Shown: one piece after another, positions 27,797-38,000 of the stretch
How positions within the stretch are numbered: position 1 is the stretch's first letter
How the letters are laid out: each line of letters starts with the position of its first letter
The notes under the pieces: model-generated
What the model was told of the DNA's origin: nothing
The model's input: only the letters and a program-made list of their open reading frames with translations
Databases searched by the model: none
Translations under genes and position numbers: made by a program
From: a virus
Length of the DNA: 64,000 nt
IMG/VR virus record: IMGVR_UViG_3300025009_000052
Reading direction: 5' to 3' (one strand)

Positions 27797-28188
27797 TTAT
27801 CAACCTCTTCCAGTCCTATTATACTTAATAAGCTAGAGTCATATTCTTTAGGCTTAAAATCTTCTGGTTTCAACTCTTCTACCGAAGCCGGTTCTTTATT
27901 TAAAACAGCGTTATCTGAAAAATCTAAGTCAATTAAGGTGTTTAGATAGTGAATTACATAATATCCAAATTTTATTTTAAATAGGTCGCTGGCTTTGTCG
28001 GTTAAAAACCCAATAGTAATTTCATCAACAATTTCTTGATTTATATTCGATCTATCAAGACCTTCATTTTTTAACACCTTAACTAGTTTACTCAAATTAA
28101 GGTAAAAATTATCAATCTTACAATTGTCTTTTTCTATAAAAAAGGATTTCACTATTAACTTGTAATCCACAATTACCCTCTGATACAA
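27793..28188 (-). CDS. Hypothetical protein
   Basis: 131-aa ORF coupled to the helicase, downstream of a class II promoter. Confidence 0.5.
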   Translation of the reverse strand: MYQRVIVDYKLIVKSFFIEKDNCKIDNFYLNLSKLVKVLKNEGLDRSNINQEIVDEITIGFLTDKASDLFKIKFGYYVIHYLNTLIDLDFSDNAVLNKEPASVEELKPEDFKPKEYDSSLLSIIGLEEVDK

Positions 28189-28202
28189 TCTATCTTAACC
28201 TA

Positions 28203-29090
28203 TTATACCACAATTTCAGACTTTTTCATCTCTTTAAGTAGTCCCAATGTTTTTCTTGCTGTTTTTAATTCGTTTTTTAACTGGGAGTCATTAGAATTAT
28301 CTTTTATAAACGACCTTAACATGGATATTTTTTCTTTTACAGTTAAACTATCAAATTTATTTCTGTGATATTCCAACTGTTTATCACTTTCGTAGTTTAA
28401 CATCATTTCTTCTGGATCGTCCGAATAAGTATCACAGAATATGTTTTTTCTAATGAACTCATAGTCATCTATTTCCATATTACCACAAGGTATTTGGATT
28501 AATCTAACTCCATAGCCGTATTGGTCAATTAAACTATCGGACTTGCTTTTGATTTCTCGATATTCTTTCTGGGTTACTGACCTATATCCATACTTCTTAT
28601 GGTCTTCTAAAAGCAATTCATCGCAAACTGGTTTAGAGTGCTTGGTTTCAGCATAAATACCCATTTTAGCCCGACCTGCTTTAATATTACGACTCTTTCG
28701 TTCACATATTGTAGAGCAGTGTTGAATTCTTTGTCGTAAAAAATTTATCAAATTGTTTCGATCGGCTTGGGCCAATTCTTGTTTGGTAGGTTCGGTTTTA
28801 TTTTTTTCTAAAAATTTTACCACAAACCTATTCCTAAGCTTTTCATTGGTCTCTAAACTATAGAGTCCCATATAGGCTAACATATAGATGTTTCCAATTG
28901 ACTTCAAATCCTCACCATCAAAGCCAACCAGATTAAAGTTGGTCCTTAGTTTTTCATACATTTTCATAGATGTTATTTCTACAGTATTTTTATGTTGAGA
29001 TACCCAGTTAGGGTCGTATTGTTTTATTCTAGTCAAATAGTCGTACCTTAGATAGGATTTTTCAAAATCCTTGTCGTATGAATTTCTCAT
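28203..29090 (-). CDS. Divergent sigma-factor-like protein (candidate middle sigma)
   Basis: 'GFDGEDLKSIGNIYMLAY' resembles region 2.2, 'LINFLRQRI' resembles 2.4, 'FDSLTVKEK' resembles 4.1. GGAGG RBS. Similarity is weak and judged by eye. Confidence 0.4.
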   Translation of the reverse strand: MRNSYDKDFEKSYLRYDYLTRIKQYDPNWVSQHKNTVEITSMKMYEKLRTNFNLVGFDGEDLKSIGNIYMLAYMGLYSLETNEKLRNRFVVKFLEKNKTEPTKQELAQADRNNLINFLRQRIQHCSTICERKSRNIKAGRAKMGIYAETKHSKPVCDELLLEDHKKYGYRSVTQKEYREIKSKSDSLIDQYGYGVRLIQIPCGNMEIDDYEFIRKNIFCDTYSDDPEEMMLNYESDKQLEYHRNKFDSLTVKEKISMLRSFIKDNSNDSQLKNELKTARKTLGLLKEMKKSEIVV

Positions 29091-29202
29091 TTAACCTCCC
29101 AGTAATTAACAAATTAATTAATAATACGAAGTAATATAATAACACCAATCGTTACTACGTTTATTACCCATAATGCTACAATTTCTTCAGCGGTCACAAT
29201 CC

Positions 29203-29571
29203 CTATTGTTCTTTTTTACAATCGCATTCGTCGTCATATTCACAACATTCGTCACACTCTCCGCACTCACATAATCCATGGTATTCGTCGTCATATTCGT
29301 ACCAATCACAGTCATTGTCATAGTCATCGCCACATTCATCACAAGCCGAACTATAATTATCTCTAATCTTCTTTTCTTTAAAGTATTTTGACGCCAATAT
29401 AGCCGATTCTACTGCAACATAAATCCCAAAAGCGATAGACACTACAAGTACACAGATAGTGTCAAGATCTGGTTCGTGATATATACTAATACCGCCGATA
29501 ATAAGACCAATATCAAGCAATAGCAGTATTACTAAATTAAAGCTCAGTGTGATTTTTTCTGTTAATGTCAT
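29203..29571 (-). CDS. Two-TM membrane protein with Cys/Asp/Glu-rich tail
   Basis: Two hydrophobic helices, then CDECGDDYDNDCDWYEYDDEYHGLCECGECDECCEYDDECDC. AGGAGG RBS. Confidence 0.65.
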   Translation of the reverse strand: MTLTEKITLSFNLVILLLLDIGLIIGGISIYHEPDLDTICVLVVSIAFGIYVAVESAILASKYFKEKKIRDNYSSACDECGDDYDNDCDWYEYDDEYHGLCECGECDECCEYDDECDCKKEQ

Positions 29572-29729
29572 AATTCCTCCTTAGTTCTACTATCTAACAT
29601 ATCATTTAATCTCTCTTCTGTCATAGATAGAAGATAGTGTCGATACAGTTGAATATCGTCTTCTTTATCGTCTAGCCACCTTTCTAGTGCTATATTAATC
29701 AGTTTTTGAATTTTTTCGTCTTTATTCAA
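29568..29729 (-). CDS. Hypothetical 53-aa early protein (not in ORF track)
   Basis: TTG start with GGAGG RBS right after a sigma70 promoter. Stop overlaps the next ATG. Confidence 0.55.
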   Translation of the reverse strand: MNKDEKIQKLINIALERWLDDKEDDIQLYRHYLLSMTEERLNDMLDSRTKEEL

Positions 29730-29756
29730 AAGTCCTCCGGTGGTCTTCGGTATCTT

Positions 29757-29786
29757 ATACTAACACGTTTTTACCACAATAGTCAA
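29757..29786 (-). promoter_or_regulatory. Class I host sigma70-type (early) promoter
   Basis: TTGACT-18 nt-TAGTAT with TG extension. Confidence 0.7.
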
Positions 29787-29787
29787 C

Positions 29788-29823
29788 AAAAAAACAAAGC
29801 CCCTCCGAAAAACAGAGGGGCTT
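29788..29823 (-). terminator. Rho-independent terminator after recA
   Basis: AAGCCCCTC / GAGGGGCTT stem followed by a T-rich tract on the - strand. Confidence 0.8.
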
Positions 29824-29846
29824 CTCAAGGAGGTCACAAACGGAGA

Positions 29847-30875
29847 TTAATTATGCCTATCTCTGGCATAAACCAATTCTACTATTTTTTTAGCTAAGTC
29901 ATTGTTTTCACGAATAGCTGTGATAAACTGGTCTTTACTAGTATATGTCTTACCGTCGAAAATATAAGTCCTATTATTAGGCCTTTCAACTAGGTTGAGG
30001 TTTTTACAGAGCTCAAAAATCTCTTCTTCAACCTTAACTAAGCCCTTATCATATTCTAATGTAAACTGACCCGTTCTACCGTGGGTTCCAAAGCTATTTT
30101 CAGCCATTTTTACAAATATCTTATGTCCTATCAACTCTTTTTTGCCCTTAAAATCTTTTACCTCATCACTCTCAATTTTAGATTCAGAAGACCCATCCCG
30201 AGTAACTTGTACATAATAATCGAAGAAGTGTTTTACGGCGTATCCTCCAGCTAGTTTTTCTTTTGGTCCATATTGTCCAGCATCAAAATTAGCCCTAATA
30301 TGTGCGGTACAGACTAATGCTATATTATATTTTCTAATAATTGGTAGTATATTTTTAAGCCCAACTTGATGAGTCATAGCGTCGTCGCCCATAAGATGGT
30401 CAGCAACACTGTCTTTCCCCATTCTTTTCACACCGGCCATATTTGATATACTATCAATAATGATCATTTTGATTGGCATACCCTGTTCTAACATAGCCTT
30501 AAACTCAATACTTATCCTATCATAAATCTGGACAGGATCGTTAACATTAAATGCTTGGAACCTATCCCTATCTATACCCCACTTATCACTCATTTGCACC
30601 GCAGCCCTCATCTCAGTATCAAATCTAATTACAATCGCTTCTTTATCGTCCTTATGTAGCTGACCAGCCATAAGATAGGAGGCTAGACTTTTTCCACCCT
30701 TAGCTGGGCCATAAAACACACAAGAGTATCCAAATGGTAATCCAGATCCCTTACAGAAAATCCAGTTTAGTGATGGGGAAGGAGATCTCAAAACATTTTC
30801 GGGAGCAAAAGGGTCGTACTCACGATCTACAGCTCCCTCCATTTTATTTAATTGTTGCATCCATTTACTCGCCAT
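29847..30875 (-). CDS. recA: RecA/UvsX-like recombinase
   Basis: YGPAKGGKS Walker A, FDTE, IIIDSI Walker B, GG.AVKHF. Likely start at ATG 30875. Confidence 0.85.
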   Translation of the reverse strand: MASKWMQQLNKMEGAVDREYDPFAPENVLRSPSPSLNWIFCKGSGLPFGYSCVFYGPAKGGKSLASYLMAGQLHKDDKEAIVIRFDTEMRAAVQMSDKWGIDRDRFQAFNVNDPVQIYDRISIEFKAMLEQGMPIKMIIIDSISNMAGVKRMGKDSVADHLMGDDAMTHQVGLKNILPIIRKYNIALVCTAHIRANFDAGQYGPKEKLAGGYAVKHFFDYYVQVTRDGSSESKIESDEVKDFKGKKELIGHKIFVKMAENSFGTHGRTGQFTLEYDKGLVKVEEEIFELCKNLNLVERPNNRTYIFDGKTYTSKDQFITAIRENNDLAKKIVELVYARDRHN

Positions 30876-31038
30876 ATATTCCCTCAAAAAATATTCTTAC
30901 TATTGCTGCTATAATTGCCATAAAAATTGCTACAAAAAAGAGCGGTATAGATATTATTTTAATAAAAATAGCTCTAAATATACCCACCAACATTAAAAAC
31001 AAACACCAAAATACCTTGAGATTATTTTTTATGTCCAT
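30865..31038 (-). CDS. Small hydrophobic membrane protein (57 aa, not in ORF track)
   Basis: MDIKNNLKVFWCLFLMLVGIF...IPLFFVAIFMAIIAAIVRIFF fills the gap. Confidence 0.5.
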   Translation of the reverse strand: MDIKNNLKVFWCLFLMLVGIFRAIFIKIISIPLFFVAIFMAIIAAIVRIFFEGIYGE

Positions 31039-31315
31039 TTGGTTTTCCTTTAGTATTAGGTTTAGGAATTGACTTATAACTAGTAGTTAATTTAGTTCTC
31101 TTTTCTTCGTTTTCTTTCGTTTTAATAATATCCCTCGCCTTAGAAATGCTCATACTAAACTTACCTAATCCATTTGATCTATTGTAATTTTCAATACCCT
31201 CTTTGGCCTTAGTGTGAGCTGCATTATACTCAGGAGAGTTCTTTTTAAGTTTATCTAAAGCTTTAACTAATAATAAAATATCTAAAAGACTAATAGTTCC
31301 GTTTTCTTTAGACAT
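31022..31315 (-). CDS. Hypothetical basic protein
   Basis: 97-aa Lys-rich ORF in the operon. Confidence 0.5.
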   Translation of the reverse strand: MSKENGTISLLDILLLVKALDKLKKNSPEYNAAHTKAKEGIENYNRSNGLGKFSMSISKARDIIKTKENEEKRTKLTTSYKSIPKPNTKGKPNGHKK

Positions 31316-31317
31316 AA

Positions 31318-31629
31318 TTACCTCGCTTGTTTTAGCATTCTACTTAACTCCTCTTTAGCTTTTTGGTACTTATATTTGGCCACATTTACAATGGTAATTC
31401 TTTTAACTTCTGGAAATTCACTAACTGTATCTCCGGTAGATACAATAGCCTCAGCTTCTTTTTCAGATATTTCTTTTTTGTCTTTAAAGTAAACGGTTTT
31501 TTTAACTTCTTTTCCTACTCGATAATCTGGCTTATAGCCATCTGGCTTATAGCCATCTTGCTTACTTAAAGAAAATTTCATAATAGACTTCATTTCTTTT
31601 CTTAATCTCTTAACTTGTTTAGAATTCAT
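31318..31629 (-). CDS. Hypothetical basic protein
   Basis: 103 aa, GAGG RBS, contains a 15-bp in-frame duplication (DGYKP x2). Confidence 0.55.
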   Translation of the reverse strand: MNSKQVKRLRKEMKSIMKFSLSKQDGYKPDGYKPDYRVGKEVKKTVYFKDKKEISEKEAEAIVSTGDTVSEFPEVKRITIVNVAKYKYQKAKEELSRMLKQAR

Positions 31630-31632
31630 TTG

Positions 31633-32142
31633 TCACCTCACATATTTATTGTCGTTCATTACTCCGCTTCTTAACTGTATGTCGATCTCCTTTCTCATAT
31701 ATCGACATACATTTTCAAATACCTTTATTTTACCCTCGAAAAGTGCCTCCATAGCTTTTAACATTGCTAATCTATCCATAGCTGTGGTATATCCCTCTTT
31801 TCTTTCTAAAAACGCCTCTTTTGTTGCAGTAGAGTCCTTAGTTTTAGTTGTCTTAAGAAAATCAGGATACTCGTCAAGTAAACATTCTGATTTAATCCTG
31901 CGAATCTCTTTGTCAGTCATGGCCACTTGGTACATTATAGTACTTAAATGCTGCCTAGCTTGACGATATCCTTCATTAAAAACATACTCTAAAGAGGAAT
32001 ACGTTCCACCATTTACCACTCTAGCTTCTAAGAATCTATCCTCACCCTCCTTCACTTTAGAGATATCCAAAGTTATCTCTGGAATATCTCTAAAAGGAGG
32101 TATTGTAAGTTTAAATTCTTTTTTAGTAACTAAGTCGCTCAT
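31633..32142 (-). CDS. Putative recombination mediator (UvsY-like coiled coil)
   Basis: Helical coiled-coil protein between SSB and RecA. Call rests mainly on context. Confidence 0.4.
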   Translation of the reverse strand: MSDLVTKKEFKLTIPPFRDIPEITLDISKVKEGEDRFLEARVVNGGTYSSLEYVFNEGYRQARQHLSTIMYQVAMTDKEIRRIKSECLLDEYPDFLKTTKTKDSTATKEAFLERKEGYTTAMDRLAMLKAMEALFEGKIKVFENVCRYMRKEIDIQLRSGVMNDNKYVR

Positions 32143-33255
32143 TTACAGTGTTATCCCTATACTTCTTAAAAAATCATCATTCGACATTGTTTCTTGAGCA
32201 ACTGCCGAGTTTTCCTCGGTAGTTTCCTCTGGATTTGTCTCAAGATCTTCTTCTACCACTATCGGAGCCGAAACAACCGCCGGTTTAGTAGTGGTGACGG
32301 GCTTAGTAACAGTCGGCTTAGTAACTACTGGTTTAGTAGTTGTTACCGTCGGCGTTACTGTCGGTTTAGCTAATGTAGTTGGCTTCTGATATACTGGTTT
32401 TGTAATTATCGGCTTAGTAACCGCTGGGGTTTCTTCTTCTTCAGGAGCGTCATCTATTACAGGAGCATCGGACTTACCCAGAATTCTATCTACAGCTAGA
32501 CAAACATCGGCTTCAGTAGGTTGGTTAACAATTTCTTCTACTTGTTCGGCTGTAATAACAGGATATAGTTTATTGAGCTCATAAGCCTCTTGATCTAATC
32601 TGGACAAAATAATCTCATCCAATACATAAGCTTTTCTTTGTTGAACAATCTGTTGCTTCCCATTCAATAGTACAGATACATTTTCCTGATATGGGGTAAC
32701 TGTATATGTAGTGTCCAGCGCCTTTCCAGGTGGAACAAAACGATTGATATTAAAATACATACCTTCTAGACCGATTGGATCAATGCCCTGATCTCTAAGA
32801 GATTTAATTGCGCCGTCTAAAGCAAGTTTAGCTCTATGTCCAAGCTTCAATAGGCCAATTTCTCCCTGGGGGGTAATAACGTTCATATAGTGCTTACATT
32901 CTAAATTATATCTTTTACATAATTCAGCGGCTTCTTTAACATCGTCTCTGGTAGCTTGGCCAGCTTTAAACAATTCAGCTACATTTTTCTTATGAGCTTC
33001 GTAACTTTCTCTCAATAAATGAGCAGCAGATTCAATTTCAACCATTTTGGTCTTTCGATTAGTGACCCTAACGTCTTGAAATGGCTTGTTTTTACCTGTA
33101 GAGTCTTTATACCCCCACTCAATTCGGTAATATTGTGACCACTTACCTTTATCGGCTAATTCACCCATAGGGGGTAAAATACCGTAGATATTATCGCCAT
33201 CTTTAATCTTAAAATTCTTTTTTCCGCCGCCATATCTGGCTGATCCGATTTTCAT
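32143..33255 (-). CDS. Single-stranded DNA-binding protein (gp32-like)
   Basis: KIKDGDNIYGILPP, YMNVI, DP..LEG..FNI.R, T.YTV, and an acidic C-terminal tail preceded by a TKP-repeat linker. Confidence 0.7.
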   Translation of the reverse strand: MKIGSARYGGGKKNFKIKDGDNIYGILPPMGELADKGKWSQYYRIEWGYKDSTGKNKPFQDVRVTNRKTKMVEIESAAHLLRESYEAHKKNVAELFKAGQATRDDVKEAAELCKRYNLECKHYMNVITPQGEIGLLKLGHRAKLALDGAIKSLRDQGIDPIGLEGMYFNINRFVPPGKALDTTYTVTPYQENVSVLLNGKQQIVQQRKAYVLDEIILSRLDQEAYELNKLYPVITAEQVEEIVNQPTEADVCLAVDRILGKSDAPVIDDAPEEEETPAVTKPIITKPVYQKPTTLAKPTVTPTVTTTKPVVTKPTVTKPVTTTKPAVVSAPIVVEEDLETNPEETTEENSAVAQETMSNDDFLRSIGITL

Positions 33256-33271
33256 TTTGACACTCCTTTTG

Positions 33272-34042
33272 TTATATTTGCTCTCTTACCGACGTAAGTG
33301 CTTTTTCAACACCCTCTTCGGTTATTTTTGAACTACTATATATTGAAACTTCTTTTAATTCTTTATCTAATTTAGAACCAACCGTAACTATAAATACGTT
33401 TTTAGTTATTTGCCTAAATCTTTGAGCAAAATCTTTGATCAGATCGGTATTTTCTGTTTGGATCATAATTGGAATAATCGTTCCTTCAAAATCACTATCT
33501 ATAGCCGAAACAGTTGCCTTGTCTAGATAATAAAGACCGGCTACCTCAGCCCCAACACCTTCGTTAAACGATTTAACAACAACATTTAAAGCTTCTTTTT
33601 CTGATTTGATAATTTTGTTAAACTTAGCGCTAGGTATTAGAGACTTATAACCCGTTATTCCTATTGTATAAGCAATACTTTCAAAGGTTGAGCTCAAAAT
33701 ATCAAACATTGACGATCCAGCCAATTTGTTCATATAGATTCTTGGACTAACTTCTTTAAGAAGGGTTTTATAAAAATCTTCCCCATCTAAGGTAAAACAA
33801 TCAAACTTTTCTTTAGATATTTTAGCAAATTCGTCACTTAAAGATCCTGTAATTAAAATAAAAGCACAATTACACTGTACGGCGGCTCGGTACTTTATAA
33901 ACAAATCATTTAGATCTTCTTTTGCTCGTCTAGCCTTAGACTCTAACCCTCTTAAAGTATGGGGATTTTCAGTATCTATCTTTGTATTCACAATGTCTTT
34001 GTTTTGCTTTATTTTAGCCATAATCTCAACTAATTTGCTCAT
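33272..34042 (-). CDS. Hypothetical protein (possibly a degenerate P-loop/kinase fold)
   Basis: 256-aa ORF. 'FILITGS' beta-loop without GKS/T. Confidence 0.5.
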   Translation of the reverse strand: MSKLVEIMAKIKQNKDIVNTKIDTENPHTLRGLESKARRAKEDLNDLFIKYRAAVQCNCAFILITGSLSDEFAKISKEKFDCFTLDGEDFYKTLLKEVSPRIYMNKLAGSSMFDILSSTFESIAYTIGITGYKSLIPSAKFNKIIKSEKEALNVVVKSFNEGVGAEVAGLYYLDKATVSAIDSDFEGTIIPIMIQTENTDLIKDFAQRFRQITKNVFIVTVGSKLDKELKEVSIYSSSKITEEGVEKALTSVREQI

Positions 34043-34050
34043 TTTTTCTC

Positions 34051-34284
34051 CTATATTCCAAAATATTTTTTAACTTTATCTTCCGTATTAAAAGAATCCC
34101 TAGCCTTTTGCAAGTCAATTCGACCATCGTAATTATTTAAGAATGTTTTATTTATAACAAATTTATCTTCAAGTTTAATTTGCAAATATAGATAATCCCC
34201 TTTTATTGATTGGCTAACCCTATGCTCTAATTTATCAGTTATATTGTCGATCGTTTGAAGCTCAGAAACAATTGGGTCGTACAT
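34051..34284 (-). CDS. Hypothetical protein
   Basis: 77 aa, downstream of a class II promoter at ~34303-34314. Confidence 0.55.
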   Translation of the reverse strand: MYDPIVSELQTIDNITDKLEHRVSQSIKGDYLYLQIKLEDKFVINKTFLNNYDGRIDLQKARDSFNTEDKVKKYFGI

Positions 34285-34969
34285 TCTTACCTTCCTTTCT
34301 CTTATATACCATATTTTTATTATTTTTTATTAAAAAATTAGTAAAATATGCTGTCGCTTGAGATGTACCTGATAATACAGGTGTTCCCATCTGTAAGCCT
34401 TTTGTGTAACAGGTAACTATTGATCCATAATTAGAAGATTCAGTGTCTATCGCTCCAACCGAGTAAAAATTTTTACTTAATATTGTTCCATAACAAGCCG
34501 GATAAATATCACAAATATTGTCTAAATCCCTATTTTCATTACCAGATGCTACTATTACCATTGTCTTATGAGTTATCTTCTCTAATTCCAGAAATTCTTT
34601 ATGCTCGTATCCACCACCACTCATAGATATATTTAAATAACTTAACCCGTCTATATTAGCTTGTTTTAATGCTTTTATGGTATATTGCAAAGATTGTCGG
34701 GCAGTAATATCGTAATTCCAAACTTTATAGGACACAATACAATATTTTTTACTATCTAAGCCTGAAGATACTAGGCCAAAGATATTGGTTCCATGACCAT
34801 GTGAGTCGTATCCAGAACTGTCTGGTACGAATGATTTTAACCCATTACGACATAGGATAGGGTTTTCTGCTTGGACAATACTAATGCCAGAATCTATAAT
34901 ACCTATTTTAATACGATCTTCTGACCAACCAATGTTGATTAGTAGTAGGACAATAAGAATATATTTCAT
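34262..34969 (-). CDS. Secreted subtilisin-like serine protease (S8)
   Basis: Signal peptide MKYILIVLLLINIGWS. Catalytic IIDSG (Asp), HGHGT (His), SGN oxyanion residue, SGTSQAT (Ser). ATG at 34969 with AGGAG RBS. Confidence 0.85.
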   Translation of the reverse strand: MKYILIVLLLINIGWSEDRIKIGIIDSGISIVQAENPILCRNGLKSFVPDSSGYDSHGHGTNIFGLVSSGLDSKKYCIVSYKVWNYDITARQSLQYTIKALKQANIDGLSYLNISMSGGGYEHKEFLELEKITHKTMVIVASGNENRDLDNICDIYPACYGTILSKNFYSVGAIDTESSNYGSIVTCYTKGLQMGTPVLSGTSQATAYFTNFLIKNNKNMVYKRKEGKNVRPNCF

Positions 34970-35010
34970 AACTACTCCTACCATTAAACTACCACAATCT
35001 CCCAATTATG

Positions 35011-38000
35011 TCAAATAGATTCTGCTTTTATTTGTATCCGTATAATATTAGTATAAGGCTTGTCGGGCTTTTTGTAGTAGAAAAAACAACAAACAGCACC
35101 GGCTTTTAGTTCTGGTGGATATGACAATATTCCAGTATCGTAATCTGGCCATAAAACCTTTTCAGATGTATATCCAGAGGAATCCACCACTATCTTTAAG
35201 GCTTTTTTAGACCCATTAGAGTAGGCAAACTCTTCAGCATTTATAATATATCCGAGAACACAAAACCTAAAGTATTGGGTAATATTGGTTTCATCTATTT
35301 TTTGAAGCTGCTCGCCAGTTAAAAGGGGAAATTCTTCACCAAAATTATTACAAATCACAGGATATTGGGGAGTAATGTGAATCTCACCTTCGTAATTTTC
35401 TAAAAAAATCTTAGTTAAATCCAAATTCATAGTCGGAAATATTGATTTTTTAATCTGAAAATCTTTTAACGGAGTCATTCCGATATACAAATCGTTTATT
35501 TTAGATGCTGCTGGGCCCTTTTTTTCGTATTTTTCTTTTAGCTTAACCTGTTTGGGATCTAAAATATCGTAAGAATTAAGCTTTTCTAGATAATCTCTAT
35601 AGATAACGGCGTCTTCAAATTTTTTCATCTTCACTAGTAGACTATCTTTAGGGTCAAATAAAGAATCCAGCACACCCACATGGATTAGTTTTCTAGCAAT
35701 TGCACTACCACATACCTTTTTATTAGCAAAGTCTTGTATAGATTTATAGGGTCTTCCTTCTATTATTTTATTCGCTAGTTTAGCCCCGACCCCAACAATC
35801 ATTGATAACTTGTTTCTAATCTTATTTAAATTATAGTCAATACTCATTTTTTCAGTAGATAGGTTAATATCAGGAGGTAAAACCATATCTCTAGTGTACT
35901 GATAAAATACTTCTTTAATCTCTTTATCTTTAGCATTACTAAGTACTGCTGCCCACCATTCTAGGGGGTAATGGTACTTTAAAAAGGCGCAAGCGTATGA
36001 AATTACGGAGTAACCAACAGCATGACTTTTGTTAAAACCATACCGAGCAAACGTTTCCATCATAGACCAAATTTCGGTCGCAACGTCCCTACCAACTTTT
36101 ATAGTAGCGCCCTCTATAAACACAGGTTTTAAGGAGTCGATTAGTTTCTTTTTCTTTTTTCCCATAGCTATACGAACGTTTTCTGAATCTATAACTGACA
36201 TTCCAGCTAACTCTCGGCATATTCGACTAACCTGTTCTTGGAAAACAATAATACCATGAGTTTCAGGTAGCATTTGATTAAGAATTTCTAAGTGACCCCT
36301 ACTTGTTCCGTTATTTCTCGCCACATACTCCTCGGCCATATTTCTACCAGTTTTTTCGTCAATAAAATCAAGTGGTCCTGGTCGCACTAAAGAGGTTATA
36401 GTGGCGCAATCTAGTATTGATTTTGGCTGTAATCTTTTTACAAAAGGAGTGACCGACTGTGTATTTAGTTGGAAAACACTTTCTGTTTTTCCACTACCTA
36501 ACATTTTAAAAACATTTTGGTCTTCTGGTAAATCCCAGATGTAAGTTTTAGTTCCGTTATGTAAAAAATAACCAGTTTCTATTGTGCCACAATCTTTTAT
36601 AGTTTTATTACATTTAGGACATATTAGGTTGGCAGCCTGGTCATGTAGGCAAATTGGTTCCAAACACCCGTCCCCTGACTCTTCAGTCCAGCCATCCTCT
36701 TTAAACATTTCAGGATCGCATTGTTTACAACCATAACTACCACTTTCTGGATGTTGCCAACCAATACACTGTGGTTCATTCGTTTTTTTAGCATTAATAT
36801 AGTCTAAGGCAAACCGTATATCTTTTAACGACTGGACTACTAAAAAATCATATTTAATTAACTTAGCCTCTTCACATTGTTTAGCTTCAGGTTGGGTTAC
36901 TCGATTTACCCCACCTATTTCAAAAACCGGCAAAATATCTTCAATATCACAATCGGCAATTAAATATGAACAAGCATGGCGAGAGTTTTGTCTAGATAGT
37001 GATAGGGCTCTTTTAACTATATCCCACTCTTTTGGCCTTTCAGTGGCATATTTTTGTAAATCATCGTTAGTTTCTAATAGGCCTGGGTGCCAAGTACCCT
37101 CATTATCTTCATATCCAAATACATATTCATTATCATTCACTCCTTGAGGGGTATTAGGGAGTGACTTACTAAAAGCAGCTACCAAATCATCTACCTTACC
37201 ACCATTTATAAATCGATTTGCGTCTAAAATAGCGGATTTAATCCTTAAAAGGGTTCGGGTTGACGCTTGGGCAACTCTTTTTCCGTATGTTTTATATAAG
37301 TACCCACTATTCCCATCTTGCCCAACCAAAGGAGTACGACTTTCAAAGTCCGCATCTATGTCGGGATAATTTCCCTGCTGTATTCTATCTAAGGTTAGGA
37401 ACCTAGCACTAGATAGTCCATATTTAATAGGGTCTAAGTGGGTTATTCCGGCTAGATAAGATATGAGGAATCCACCAGCACTTCCCCTGGCAGGACCGGT
37501 TAAAAACCCACTCTTGGCGTAGAAATCAAATATTTTCTCTATCGGTAAGAAATATGGTATTAAATTAATTACACCATTTTTAGTCAATAAATCAAATTCC
37601 TCTCTAAACTGCTGTACATATTGGGGATTATCCCATTTCATTCTACCTTTTTTCTTAATTATATCAATTAAAAGCTGTTCTGGGTTACCGTCAACCTCTG
37701 GGAGTCGGTAACTATACTTTAACTCAAAGTCTTTGAATCTTTCGGCCCATTGATAGCTGTTTTGAACGGTTTTTTCAATAGCCTTATCGGTAAATCCCAA
37801 TTCAGTTATTAGATATTCTTTAATATCTTCGGTTGAACAAATATATTGACTTGCTTGGAATTGTTTTTCACCACCCAAACGCATATTTTGGACGATTTTA
37901 TCTTCTTTTTCTGAATAATAAGCGTAATTATTAATCAATAGCTTGCCGGCTTGTCCAAATTTCTGGGCTAGAGCCATAATAAACTTATTAGCTTTAGTTT

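Noticed and set aside
31526-31558. 15-bp tandem duplication (DGYKP x2)
   Set aside because: A simple in-frame slippage duplication with no further structure.
36575-36790. Intein in DnaE
   Set aside because: No C-terminal HN plus nucleophile, and too short for Hint blocks.
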